Shown in pieces: positions 45,759 through 55,405 of a DNA stretch of 64,000 nt. A program made the position numbers and the translations under genes. Within the stretch, counting starts at the first letter, position 1, and each line of letters opens with the position of its first letter. Source of the DNA: Nitrososphaerota archaeon (GTDB lineage Archaea; Thermoproteota; Nitrososphaeria_A; Caldarchaeales; Calditenuaceae); NCBI GenBank assembly GCA_041641295.1, contig JBEPYO010000001.1:672001-736000 (forward strand), written 5' to 3'. The notes under the pieces are model-generated. The model was not told the origin of the DNA. It did not search any database and saw only the letters and a program-made list of their open reading frames with translations.

Positions 45759-48056
45759 TCAAGCCGGCTTTACGGGTTTTTCTCGTATTATTCGCCAAAT
45801 CTGGTAGGGTGTTAGCGGCGTATCCACTACCCTGACGCCGAGTGGCGCCAGCGCATCCTCGACAGCGTTTACCACCGCCTGCGTCAAGCCAATTGTCGCG
45901 GCCTCCCCGACACCTTTAGCCCCTAACGGGTTAGGAGCAGGTGTCTCGGTCCTCTCCGTCAGGATTTCAGGTATCTCCACAGCGGTGGGGATGAGGTAGT
46001 CTCCGAAGTTGGAGTTGACGAGGTTTCCGTCGCTGTCGTAGAAGGCCTCCTCGTAGAGGGCCTGGGCTAGTGCTTGGACTGCTCCACCAATCACCTGCCC
46101 CTCCACCAGAAGCGGGTTAACAACCCTTCCACAGTCATCGACAAGCACTAGCCTCTTCACCTCCACCCTACCCGTCTCCGTATCTATCTCGACCACCGCC
46201 ACATGCGTCCCAAACGGATACGTCAGCTGCGGACTGTAGCCCGCCTCCGCTGACAGCCCGGGTTCCATACCCGCAGGCAGTGCCGAAGGGTCATACGCTA
46301 GGGCGGCGACCTCCTTGATCGTCACGGACTTCTCTGGGACACCCTTCACGCGAGCCTTCCCATCAACAAGCTCTAAGTCCTCCGGCCTGGCCTCCAGCAT
46401 ATGAGCCGCAAGCCTCAGTATCTTTTCTCTCACCTTCATAGAGGCTTGTAGGACCGCGTTACCGCCAGAAGCCAGCGTCCAGCTACCGGCCGTCCCAGGT
46501 CCCCATCCGATCAGAGAAGTATCACCAAATATTACGTCGACATCCTTTATGTCCACGCCCAGTGCGTCAGCGGCTATCTGTGCGAAGGCGGTCTCCTCAC
46601 CCTGACCATGTGGCAGCGTTCCAGAAATCACTTTAACCCTGCCATCCTTCTCCACACTCACTATAGCAGGAGTGGGAGCAAAGTTACATACCTCGATGTA
46701 GCTTGAGATTCCTATTCCCAACAGCTTGCCCACCGCCCTCAGCTCGGACTGTTTTCGCCTAAGCTCCTCATAGCCCACAATCTCGAGCGCCTTGTTAAGA
46801 GCCTGCTCATAGTTCCCAGAGTCATACTTGTGACCGGTTATAGTCTCGTAGGGGAACTCATCCGGCCTGATGAAATTCCTTCTCCTAACCTCCGCAGGAT
46901 CGATTCCCAGCTCCCTCGCAATCCTATCCATAGTCCGCTCAATTATGTATGAGGCCTCTGGCCTACCCGCGCCCCTATACGCCGCGGTTGGAACTTTATT
47001 GGTGAAGACACCGGTGACCTCGGCCTCCAAGCCCTTCAGCTTATAGCAACCCGGCAGCATTCCGACAATCCCCTCAGGAACCTGTATCGTAGAGAAGTAT
47101 GGATAAGCGCCGAGATCCGTCAAGATTCTAGCCCTAACCCCGAGAAGCCGGCCATCACTCTTCACAGCCGCCTCGACCCAAGCAGCAGTACCCCGCCCAT
47201 GAGTTGTAGTGTGGAAGTTCTCACTACGCGTCTCAATCCACTTTATAGGCCGCCCAAGAAGTTTGGCCAAGAGAGGGATCACAACATCTTCAGGATAGTG
47301 CTCAAGTTTCGAGCCAAAGGCCCCGCCTATGTCTGGTGCTATAACCTGAATCTTAGACTCAGGTATTCCAAGGGCCTCTGCAGTCCAGCTGCGAAAGTCG
47401 TGTGGGAACTGCTTAGTGGCCCAGATCCTCAGGTAACCGACCCCCTCGTCAAAAACCGCCACCACTCCGCGACACTCCATCGCAGCGGGGACAAGCCTCT
47501 GTATTCTCAGCTGGACATCGACGACCCTGTCGGCCTCCCTGAAGGCCGCCTCGGCATCACCATAGACACGCTTCCTTGTGAAGCAGACATTGTCTGGGAA
47601 GTCATCATGTATGACAGGCGCGCCAGGCCTAGAAGCTTCAAGTGGGTCTACAACCGGCTCAAGCCTCTCGTAATCCACGCTGATGTATTCTAGAGCGTCC
47701 CGCGCCGTGTAGGGGTCGTTAGCCACTACAACTGCAACAGGCTCGCCAACATACCTAACCTTTCCCTCCGCGAGAGGTTTAACCACAAAACCCCTCCGCC
47801 CCCGCGGTACATCCACATGTATACCACCACACATCTTGTTAAGCTCCTCGCCTGTGAAGGCGGCCACCGCGCCATTTTGAAGTGCACCAGACACATCGAT
47901 ACTAGTTATTCTCGCGTGGGCGAATGGGCTCCTAAGAAAGGCCGCATAAAGCATTCGCGGGATACTTATATCATCTATGTATCTTCCCCTCCCGGTTAAA
48001 AACCTCAGATCCTCCTTTCGCGGGATGGGCTTACCAACGTAGGTCGCTGACTGCAC
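45759..48056 (-). CDS. Xanthine dehydrogenase family Mo-binding large subunit (CoxL form II / aldehyde oxidoreductase-like)
   Basis: R.ED.RFLTG.G.Y, GGAFGSK, AYRGAGRPEA, HGQG.ET and GAKGVGE motifs. Confidence 0.92.
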   Translation of the reverse strand: MQSATYVGKPIPRKEDLRFLTGRGRYIDDISIPRMLYAAFLRSPFAHARITSIDVSGALQNGAVAAFTGEELNKMCGGIHVDVPRGRRGFVVKPLAEGKVRYVGEPVAVVVANDPYTARDALEYISVDYERLEPVVDPLEASRPGAPVIHDDFPDNVCFTRKRVYGDAEAAFREADRVVDVQLRIQRLVPAAMECRGVVAVFDEGVGYLRIWATKQFPHDFRSWTAEALGIPESKIQVIAPDIGGAFGSKLEHYPEDVVIPLLAKLLGRPIKWIETRSENFHTTTHGRGTAAWVEAAVKSDGRLLGVRARILTDLGAYPYFSTIQVPEGIVGMLPGCYKLKGLEAEVTGVFTNKVPTAAYRGAGRPEASYIIERTMDRIARELGIDPAEVRRRNFIRPDEFPYETITGHKYDSGNYEQALNKALEIVGYEELRRKQSELRAVGKLLGIGISSYIEVCNFAPTPAIVSVEKDGRVKVISGTLPHGQGEETAFAQIAADALGVDIKDVDVIFGDTSLIGWGPGTAGSWTLASGGNAVLQASMKVREKILRLAAHMLEARPEDLELVDGKARVKGVPEKSVTIKEVAALAYDPSALPAGMEPGLSAEAGYSPQLTYPFGTHVAVVEIDTETGRVEVKRLVLVDDCGRVVNPLLVEGQVIGGAVQALAQALYEEAFYDSDGNLVNSNFGDYLIPTAVEIPEILTERTETPAPNPLGAKGVGEAATIGLTQAVVNAVEDALAPLGVRVVDTPLTPYQIWRIIREKPVKPA

Positions 48057-48226
48057 GGATGAAAACTATTAGAACCTCACCTAAATATTTACTTCCCACG
48101 GCAGAGCGAAAGGAGCTATACCTCAGTCCACAAGCCCCCTATAAGCGCTGGCACGATTTGAATAATGTTTAACGAATACCCTTATTTGAGGTAAAATTGT
48201 TCACTTTATCCTGTATTTATCGCCCC

Positions 48227-48247
48227 TGTCAATGACACATTTAAATA
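48227..48247 (+). promoter_or_regulatory. Palindrome + TATA box upstream of the glnA unit
   Basis: TGTCA-A-TGACA (48227-48237) directly before TTTAAATA (48240-48247). Confidence 0.5.
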
Positions 48248-48272
48248 TGACTTATTATCCAATGTTCGCAAA

Positions 48273-48404
48273 ATGATGGTCCGTAAAACGGTAGGGTGCG
48301 GAGAAATTATAGCAGATGGACACGAAGTAGCCTGTATCTACGGCTATACAGTCAACGCGCTCGCGGAAGCTCCTCTGCCCACTTCCTTAATCGGGGGGTG
48401 TTGA
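48273..48404 (+). CDS. Putative small protein / leader ORF (43 aa) upstream of glnA
   Basis: MMVRKTVGCGEIIADGHEVACIYGYTVNALAEAPLPTSLIGGC*; the ATG is at the expected TSS and the stop is 4 nt before the glnA ATG. Confidence 0.35.
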   Translation: MMVRKTVGCGEIIADGHEVACIYGYTVNALAEAPLPTSLIGGC

Positions 48405-48408
48405 AGGC

Positions 48409-49926
48409 ATGCCGTTTATCTTTGAGAACGGAGAACTCATCCCGTGGAGGATGACCATAGACCAAGTACTGGAGAACATTAAAAGGAATGGCATAAAATA
48501 CATCGACCTCCAGTTCACTGATGTTCCAGGCAGGCTCCAGCACGTAACAATTCCGACCAAATTCCTTGACGAGGATGCATTCTCCTCAGGTGTCCCAAAG
48601 CTCGACGGCTCATCAATCAGAGGATTCGTAGATATACACGAGTCCGACCTAGTACTTTATCCAGACCCCTCAACCTACGCCATCATACCATGGATACCCG
48701 ACCACGTAAAGACGGCTAGGATGATATGTAATGTGGGCTGGGGGATGGCGCGCGGAAGGCTAGAGAAGGACCCGCGATATATAGCTCAGAGGGCGGAGAT
48801 GTACGCGGCCGAGCAGGGATATGACCTCTCCCTCTGGGGACCCGAAATCGAGTTCTTCGTCTTCGACAAAGTCCACTGGGATGTCCTAGACGCCTATAGA
48901 GGCCAGTCCTACAGCATAGAGTCGAAAGAAGCGGCGTGGAGCAGCGCCGGAACCAACTACCCCATCAGGTTTAAGGAGGGCTACTACCCCGCACCACCGC
49001 ATGACACGTTGATGGTCTTCAGGTCCGAGTGCGTCAACATACTCACTGACTATTTCCACATACCCTGCGACGCCCACCACCACGAAGTAGCAACTGCAGG
49101 ACAGTGCGAGATAGACATGTATAGAGACACCCTCACAAACATGGCCGACAACTCCATAACATACAAATTCGTTGTCAAGAACCTAGCCGCCCAGAACGGA
49201 ATGATAGCCACATTTATGCCAAAGCCCATATTCGGCGATAACGCATCAGGCATGCATACCCATGTTAGCCTATGGAGAAGTAGTGGTAAGGTCAAGTCAA
49301 ACCCCGGCCACGCCATCCTACAACTAGACGGGCATGAGAACCTCTTCTACGACGAGAATGACGACTACGCCGAGTTAAGCCAGCTCGGCAGATACTTCGG
49401 TGGAGGGCTGCTAGAGCATAGCAGAGCCCTCTGCGCAATAGTGGCACCCACGACCAACAGCTACAGGAGACTCGTGCCTGGATATGAGGCGCCAGTCTTC
49501 ATAGCCTGGAGCAGAAGCAACAGGTCAGCAAACGTGAGAGTACCGGTATATCATAAAGGCCGCGCAGCGAGCGCCAAAAAGAGAATCGAGTTCAGGACAC
49601 CAGACCCATCATGCAACCCATACCTCTGCTTCGCGGCAATAATGGCTGCAGGGCTTGACGGAATCAAGAAAAAGATCGATATAGGAGACCCTGTCGACGA
49701 GGACATATACAAGCTAACCCCGGAGAAGAGGAGGCAGCTTGGAATCAAGCAACTCCCAGGAAGCCTGAAAGAGGCGATCGAAGAGCTCGAGTCAGACCAC
49801 GACTTTCTTAAACCCATATTCCCGAGCGAGCTCATAGACACAATAATAGAGAACGGTGTGAGAGAGCATACGCAGGTCTCCGCACGACCACACCCCTACG
49901 AATTCTACCTATACTTCGACATCTAG
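48409..49926 (+). CDS. glnA: Glutamine synthetase type I
   Basis: DGSSI.GF..I.ESD, GPE.EFF, HHEVA..GQ.E, TFMPKP.FGDN.SGMH, NSYRRLVPGYEAP and RIEFR.PD motifs. Confidence 0.98.
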   Translation: MPFIFENGELIPWRMTIDQVLENIKRNGIKYIDLQFTDVPGRLQHVTIPTKFLDEDAFSSGVPKLDGSSIRGFVDIHESDLVLYPDPSTYAIIPWIPDHVKTARMICNVGWGMARGRLEKDPRYIAQRAEMYAAEQGYDLSLWGPEIEFFVFDKVHWDVLDAYRGQSYSIESKEAAWSSAGTNYPIRFKEGYYPAPPHDTLMVFRSECVNILTDYFHIPCDAHHHEVATAGQCEIDMYRDTLTNMADNSITYKFVVKNLAAQNGMIATFMPKPIFGDNASGMHTHVSLWRSSGKVKSNPGHAILQLDGHENLFYDENDDYAELSQLGRYFGGGLLEHSRALCAIVAPTTNSYRRLVPGYEAPVFIAWSRSNRSANVRVPVYHKGRAASAKKRIEFRTPDPSCNPYLCFAAIMAAGLDGIKKKIDIGDPVDEDIYKLTPEKRRQLGIKQLPGSLKEAIEELESDHDFLKPIFPSELIDTIIENGVREHTQVSARPHPYEFYLYFDI

Positions 49927-50037
49927 AACTCTATTCTAATTCCAAGGACACCGAATTAATTTATGACGACCATTAAAATATCTAACTATGGGGCGGCATA
50001 TCAGGGCTTATGCATAATGAGCATTAAGGTTAGACTA

Positions 50038-50766
50038 TCATCTCAGACCGATTAGGAAACTCGCAGCCATTATCAGAAGGATCACACCACTCAGCTTGGG
50101 TATGAGGCTTTCATACCTCTTGAGCCTCTCTTCAACCCTGCCATATACCATGACAGCGGCCATAGTCACGCCAACCAAACCCGCCGTCACAGCCAAGCTG
50201 TAGATCAGCATAAGAGCCAGCGGGTCTACCCCGCCGACGGCAAGGGCTAAGAGAGCGAACTCCTCCTCATGGGCAAACCCTAAGAAGAAAGCAGAGACGG
50301 CTATCCCCCAGAGACCAGTCAAAACTCTATTCCCACATCTGTGAGGGTGCGTATGTCTTATGCCGCCGGGATGCTCGTGTTCATGCCCATGCACACCTCC
50401 TTCGAAATCACCGTGAAGATGCCCATGAGCCTTCTTGGAATTATCTCCCGGCCTCTCTAACAAATACTTGATACCTAGGATGAGAAGAGCAGCTCCCGCG
50501 ACGTAGTTCAGGTATGGTAAGGAAAAGTCTATAGCCGCCTTCAGAACCATGTACGCCGCAACCACCGCCAAAGAGGAGATCAAGTGGAAATATGAAATCA
50601 CTACAGAGCCAACAAATGCCCTTAGAGGGCGGCTCGCCGGCCCCCTTGAACGAGGATTGGCCGCATATAGAAGAGCGAGAGGCCAGCCATGCCCCGGATC
50701 CAAACCGTGCAGCAAGCCTATGAACGCAACGGCGAAATAAACAGCTTCAACCATTGGAATTGCCAT
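50038..50766 (-). CDS. Nickel/cobalt transporter (NicO/RcnA-like, His-rich loop)
   Basis: GLLHGLDPGHGW; His-rich loop HGHLHG...HGHEHEHP...HTHPH; ~6 TM. Confidence 0.8.
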   Translation of the reverse strand: MAIPMVEAVYFAVAFIGLLHGLDPGHGWPLALLYAANPRSRGPASRPLRAFVGSVVISYFHLISSLAVVAAYMVLKAAIDFSLPYLNYVAGAALLILGIKYLLERPGDNSKKAHGHLHGDFEGGVHGHEHEHPGGIRHTHPHRCGNRVLTGLWGIAVSAFFLGFAHEEEFALLALAVGGVDPLALMLIYSLAVTAGLVGVTMAAVMVYGRVEERLKRYESLIPKLSGVILLIMAASFLIGLR

Positions 50767-50771
50767 TGATT

Positions 50772-50791
50772 CGCAATTATTAATTATTACG
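50772..50791. promoter_or_regulatory. Imperfect 20-bp palindrome (candidate metal-regulator operator)
   Basis: CGCAATTATTAATTATTACG (16/20 symmetric), between the TATA-like TTAAAG (~50803-50808, minus) and the transporter start. Confidence 0.5.
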
Positions 50792-51051
50792 CAGCCTTCA
50801 GACTTTAAGCATCATATCTCCTCAAGAACTAGCGTACAACAAACTTATACTCAGATACATGCAGATTGAGTTGGGAAAGCTTTGGAAAAGATATCTCTGA
50901 AATTGACGAGAATGTTCAGAATTGACCGTCACCTACTGATTTAGAATGCTTTAATCAGCCCACTATAAACACCGCCATAGGTTTCATACACTCACAACGT
51001 ACGCAATGCTGAATATATCCAAGCCCAATCACTCAACCTTAATTTTCATCA

Positions 51052-52056
51052 TCAGGGACGCAATGAATGTAGGCTTTGAGCCTTTTTGAAGAGTAGGTCT
51101 CTATAAGCGAATATAGCAGGTATGCCTCCCGTATGTATAAAAACTACGTTCTCATGGGCGCCAATCATGCCCTGTTGGATCATATAGATTAGACCGGCCA
51201 TGGCTTTCCCTGAGTATACGGGGTCGAGAATTATTCCTTCGAGCCTTGCCGTAAGTAGTATGGCGTCGATGACTTCCTTGGTGGCTTCACCATAATCGCC
51301 ATACCCATCTAGTACTTCTACGGTACTAGGTAGTTTTTCTTTGTCTAAGTTGATAAGCTCGGCCCCTTTCTCTATAAAGTTGCGTATCCGTGATATGGTT
51401 GTGGCTCGATCATATGCTGCTGAATTTACTCCTATAACCTTAACCCTTTTTCCCGCGGCTGCGAATCCGAGGACTAGGCCAGGCTGCGTCGGCCCACCAC
51501 TAGTGGCATGCACTACATAGTCTACCTCCACGCCAAGCCGCGCCGACTGCTCCACTATTTCTCGTGCACAATCATAGTACCCCAAGACACCGACCACAGG
51601 CTCATCAGTGATTATAGCAGGATTATGCCCCTTAGCTCTATACTCTTCTGCGACCTCTTGCATCACACTTGTGACATCATCTCTTATTGAGGCCTCTACT
51701 ATTCGCACATCCGCCCCCATCAAATAGTCTAGAAACAGGTTGCCAGTATAGTCAATATTCGCTCCTTTAAACTGGGCAGTCCTCAGGACTAATACCGGCT
51801 TGATTCCAAGCATTCTCGCAGCCGCTGTGATTTGTCTAGCCCAATTAGATTGAATCCCAGATGTGGCAATCACTACATCGGCTCCCCTGCTCAGAATCTC
51901 CCCCAGCACGTATTCTAATATGCGAGTCTTATTCCCCCCAAGTGCAAGACCAGTCAAGTCGTCCCTCTTTACATATATCCGCGGTCCCTTGAGATGGCTG
52001 GACAAGTTATTCATAGGGTGGAAGGGAGTAGGATAAAACCCAAGATTTACCTTCAA
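51052..52056 (-). CDS. D-cysteine desulfhydrase family PLP enzyme
   Basis: PTP, KRDD......GGNK.R, QSN, LDPVYSGKA and HTGG motifs. Confidence 0.88.
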   Translation of the reverse strand: MKVNLGFYPTPFHPMNNLSSHLKGPRIYVKRDDLTGLALGGNKTRILEYVLGEILSRGADVVIATSGIQSNWARQITAAARMLGIKPVLVLRTAQFKGANIDYTGNLFLDYLMGADVRIVEASIRDDVTSVMQEVAEEYRAKGHNPAIITDEPVVGVLGYYDCAREIVEQSARLGVEVDYVVHATSGGPTQPGLVLGFAAAGKRVKVIGVNSAAYDRATTISRIRNFIEKGAELINLDKEKLPSTVEVLDGYGDYGEATKEVIDAILLTARLEGIILDPVYSGKAMAGLIYMIQQGMIGAHENVVFIHTGGIPAIFAYRDLLFKKAQSLHSLRP

Positions 52057-52173
52057 ATCAATAACGTTCAGTATTAAGGTTGTATTTAAGGAGATTTGCT
52101 CTGTTTTTGTGGCTGATTAGCGAGGCATGAAAATCGACATTCAACATAATCTAACGAAATATGTAGCATCGTG

Positions 52174-53319
52174 TTAGAGGCAAATACGTCTTATGAGTTC
52201 TTCGTATATTGATTGTGCCTGGTGGAGCTGTTTTATCTCTACGTATTCGTTTGGAATGTGGGCTTGCTTTACGTTTCCGGGCCCAAGTATTACTGTGGGT
52301 ATATCCAGTTTCTGATATAATGGGCCTTCGGTGCCGTATGGAGCGGTTTCGGATGCTTGTCCAGTGATCTCTTCACATAGCTTTACAAAGGGATGGTCTC
52401 GCGGCGTATTGAGTGGATCGTAGCTGAATATTTCGGTTATAGTTAGATGGAGAGTGGGGAGTTTTTCTCTGAGCCTTGATGCCAACTCTTCGAGCCGCGA
52501 ACGAATATACTCGCTACTGTGAGCTGGGATCATACGGCAGTCAACTATCATCTGACAGCTTTCCGGTATTACATTCTCCTTTATCCCACCTTCGATAATT
52601 GTCGTGGAGAGTACCGACGATCCAAGATCCGGGTCCTGTAGCTCGCCTAGTTTTTCCCTCAGGCCTATCAGCTCTACTATGAAATGCGCCGCATTCTCTA
52701 TGGCGTTTATGCCCAAGTCGGGCCTACTTGAATGGGCGCTGCGGCCACGAGAAGTTATCTTGAATATTGCACCTCCCTTGTGAGCTCTGACCACGCGGAG
52801 CTCGGTAGGCTCCCCTATAACACCGTAAAGTGCATCACCATCTCTCAGTTTTCCATCTCTAATTAGTGCTTTGAGCCCGTCGAAGTCCTTTTCCTCACCG
52901 GCTGTTGCTATGAAGATTATTCCACGCTTCAATTCTTTATCCTTAAAGGTCTCGATAGCTTTTACCAGTGCAGCTACCCCACCCTTCATGTCAGCTGCAC
53001 CTCTACCATAGAGTCTTCCTTCACGGATTCTGGGCTCAAATGCTGGTGTGTCCCACATGTTTGGATCACCAGCTGGGACGACGTCGATATGTCCTGAGAA
53101 GAGGAGCCCAGCCCTGCCCAGAGGACCTATACGCACAATAAGATTTGCCCTCTTTTCAGCAAACCTGTGCATCTCAATCTCGCACTTCTCTATATCTAGG
53201 TCGTGGAAATAGTCCTTAAGATATGCAGCGCACTCCTCCTCATTCCCCGGCGGCATCTCCGTGGGAAACGATATCAACAGGGCAGCTAATTCCTCAACCT
53301 TCACAACGTTTTCACACAT
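52174..53319 (-). CDS. M20 family metallohydrolase (ArgE/DapE-like)
   Basis: GHIDVV, GRGAADMKGG, GEE, GEPT and AH..NE motifs. Confidence 0.92.
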   Translation of the reverse strand: MCENVVKVEELAALLISFPTEMPPGNEEECAAYLKDYFHDLDIEKCEIEMHRFAEKRANLIVRIGPLGRAGLLFSGHIDVVPAGDPNMWDTPAFEPRIREGRLYGRGAADMKGGVAALVKAIETFKDKELKRGIIFIATAGEEKDFDGLKALIRDGKLRDGDALYGVIGEPTELRVVRAHKGGAIFKITSRGRSAHSSRPDLGINAIENAAHFIVELIGLREKLGELQDPDLGSSVLSTTIIEGGIKENVIPESCQMIVDCRMIPAHSSEYIRSRLEELASRLREKLPTLHLTITEIFSYDPLNTPRDHPFVKLCEEITGQASETAPYGTEGPLYQKLDIPTVILGPGNVKQAHIPNEYVEIKQLHQAQSIYEELIRRICL

Positions 53320-53483
53320 TAGACGAATATAAAAATAGAGAGATGAGAGAGGAGATTGCTATTGCCGAGATAGATTGTTCGCTAGTTCTAAGCATCTGCT
53401 GTCTAGGTAGACGTCCGTTTCGGGGTCCCATGTCGGTGTCCATTAGTAAAAGGTTTTTAGCATATATTCAGTTTCTAGATTTG

Positions 53484-53903
53484 ATGGGAAGAGCCCTTCA
53501 TTTGATTCTATTTTGTGGCTCTATCGCGTCGCTGACTGTGAACTGGATTTGGGTTAATCTTCCCTTCTCTTTTATGGGTTTAAGAGGGCGCCAAGCCGTC
53601 CTATTCGGCGACTTCACCTTACTCCAGACATTTCTCCTCCCCCACCCATACCTTGCTCTCTGGATTACTGGGTTTTTGTCACAGGCAGTTTCAACGGCAT
53701 TACTCCTCCCGGCTAATGTAGGTTCAAAACGCTATGTAGGCATTCTCCTGATATTCTCAGGCGTTATGACGACTACACTCACCATGCTTATCATGTGGAG
53801 GTGGCTATTCAGTCCCAACCTAGTCATGATGTACACCTTAGGCCTAGTGTGTGGACTGACTCCAATAGTTCTAGGGTTTATCCATTTGATAGTCAATAGG
53901 TAG
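53484..53903 (+). CDS. Hypothetical ~4-TM membrane protein
   Basis: Hydrophobic C-terminal ~140 aa of ORF 53223-53903. The start is trimmed because the long form overlaps the divergent M20 gene. Confidence 0.45.
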   Translation: MGRALHLILFCGSIASLTVNWIWVNLPFSFMGLRGRQAVLFGDFTLLQTFLLPHPYLALWITGFLSQAVSTALLLPANVGSKRYVGILLIFSGVMTTTLTMLIMWRWLFSPNLVMMYTLGLVCGLTPIVLGFIHLIVNR

Positions 53904-54079
53904 CCGTAAGCACGCATGAAAACTATTTTCAGCAGCTAGGGAGCGTGACGGCTGAAGGGCTTGTAAATGTATTGTTAGTAAGTTAGTCATCCAATACCTG
54001 CCGAAAACAGCATCGCGTATAGTAACTAGTGCCTGTAGTAAAAATTTATATGCCGCCACCGTTGTTCACAACTCCGAAT

Positions 54080-55393
54080 ATGACTGAAAAACCAAAGTCG
54101 AATAGGCGTGCCTTTCTAGGAACCGTCGCAGGGACTGTAGGCGGGTTAGTCGTCGGCGCCGCCTTGGGATCTTTAGCTTTCCCACAGCGGATCGTCCAAG
54201 AAGTAACACGGGAGGTTGAGGTGCCTGTTGCTAAGAAGGGCTGGGAGGGCAGACGCTGGATACCAATCGTTAACAAGTATATGACCTTCAAAGAGGTTCA
54301 GGACACGTTAGCGAGTGAAGGAAAGCTTATAATGGCTAATTGGACATACTGGGGCTTGGTCGATACGGCCTTCGTCCAAGAGTTTAAGGATTATGTGGCT
54401 ATGATGTACGATGTGAATGTCGATATTGACATTCTTGGGACCCAAGAGGCTAAGGGTGGATTCATGTTCCAGCTTTATTCAGCATATTCGGCAGGTCTTA
54501 AAGCACCATACGACATAATGCACATCGAAGAGAATTTCTTCGAAGAGGCTGTTGCAAAAGGAATAGCCGTGCCCTTCCTACCATCACCCCTAGTGCCTAA
54601 CACAGCAATGGTTGACTATTACTTCTTAAGAATGCCGTACGGAATACAGTTTCAGCAGCATGGCCTCGCGAATTTCACTGTGAACACGAAGCAGGTAGGT
54701 GATTGGTTTAATTCTTGGCGTGCGCTGGCAGACAAGAGGCTTGAGGGGAAAATAACGTTATGGGTGTTTGAGGACAACGGCTTCTGGGGATGGCTCGTCG
54801 TAATGGCGCAGGAACTGGGCAAGAACTACAAGAATCCCCAGGAGATGAGGGAGGTGCTTAAGTGGATAGCCGATAACATCCATCCGAACGTATTAAAGTA
54901 TACCAGTGATGAAGCCGAGTTAGATGAGCTGCTTGGCAGGGACATAAGTTGGGCTTCTGCATACTGGTGTGCCCTAGGTGAGGGATACTCTGTAACTAGA
55001 CCAGAGCTTAAGGGAAGCCAAGTTTTACCTTGGAAGTTTAACAGCCAGCACCCGAACCTGCCGGGCGTCCTATGGATTCCGAAGGATGTTGAGCATCCTC
55101 TCCTCGCACAGGTGGCTGCTGACTGGTTGATTAGCCCACTCCACCAACTCCCCGACATAAACAAATACAAACAATACACTAAAGAACTCTGGCTAAGGGC
55201 AGAGGAAGGACCACTGGGCCCCGATTATGAGCAATATGTGCCCGATTGGGTTAACGCTCTTGGACCCAAAGGCATATATGAAGTCTACCCAACAATCGAG
55301 GAAGCACGAAAGTTCCCGAAGATCGATTGGCTCTATGTGAATGAGCATGCCCCAGAATGGATCAATATCTATAAAGAATTGATAGGCGCCTAA
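54080..55393 (+). CDS. ABC transporter substrate-binding protein (PotD-like) with twin-arginine signal
   Basis: SNRRAFLG Tat motif + hydrophobic stretch; SW..L.D..L.GKI; TATA-like TTTATA ~30 nt upstream of ATG 54080. Confidence 0.85.
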   Translation: MTEKPKSNRRAFLGTVAGTVGGLVVGAALGSLAFPQRIVQEVTREVEVPVAKKGWEGRRWIPIVNKYMTFKEVQDTLASEGKLIMANWTYWGLVDTAFVQEFKDYVAMMYDVNVDIDILGTQEAKGGFMFQLYSAYSAGLKAPYDIMHIEENFFEEAVAKGIAVPFLPSPLVPNTAMVDYYFLRMPYGIQFQQHGLANFTVNTKQVGDWFNSWRALADKRLEGKITLWVFEDNGFWGWLVVMAQELGKNYKNPQEMREVLKWIADNIHPNVLKYTSDEAELDELLGRDISWASAYWCALGEGYSVTRPELKGSQVLPWKFNSQHPNLPGVLWIPKDVEHPLLAQVAADWLISPLHQLPDINKYKQYTKELWLRAEEGPLGPDYEQYVPDWVNALGPKGIYEVYPTIEEARKFPKIDWLYVNEHAPEWINIYKELIGA

Positions 55394-55405
55394 AGATACA
55401 TTGAG

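Noticed and set aside
45759-48056. Aerobic CO dehydrogenase (form I CoxL)
   Set aside because: The active-site loop is AYRGAGR, lacking the Cu-binding Cys motif AYxCSFR.
50860-50930. Possible pseudogene fragment (LSWESFGKDISEIDENVQN) in the AT-rich spacer
   Set aside because: Too short to assign to any family without a search.
51052-52056. ACC deaminase
   Set aside because: Has Ser and Thr (DPVYSGK, HTGG) at the positions where true ACC deaminases have Glu and Leu.
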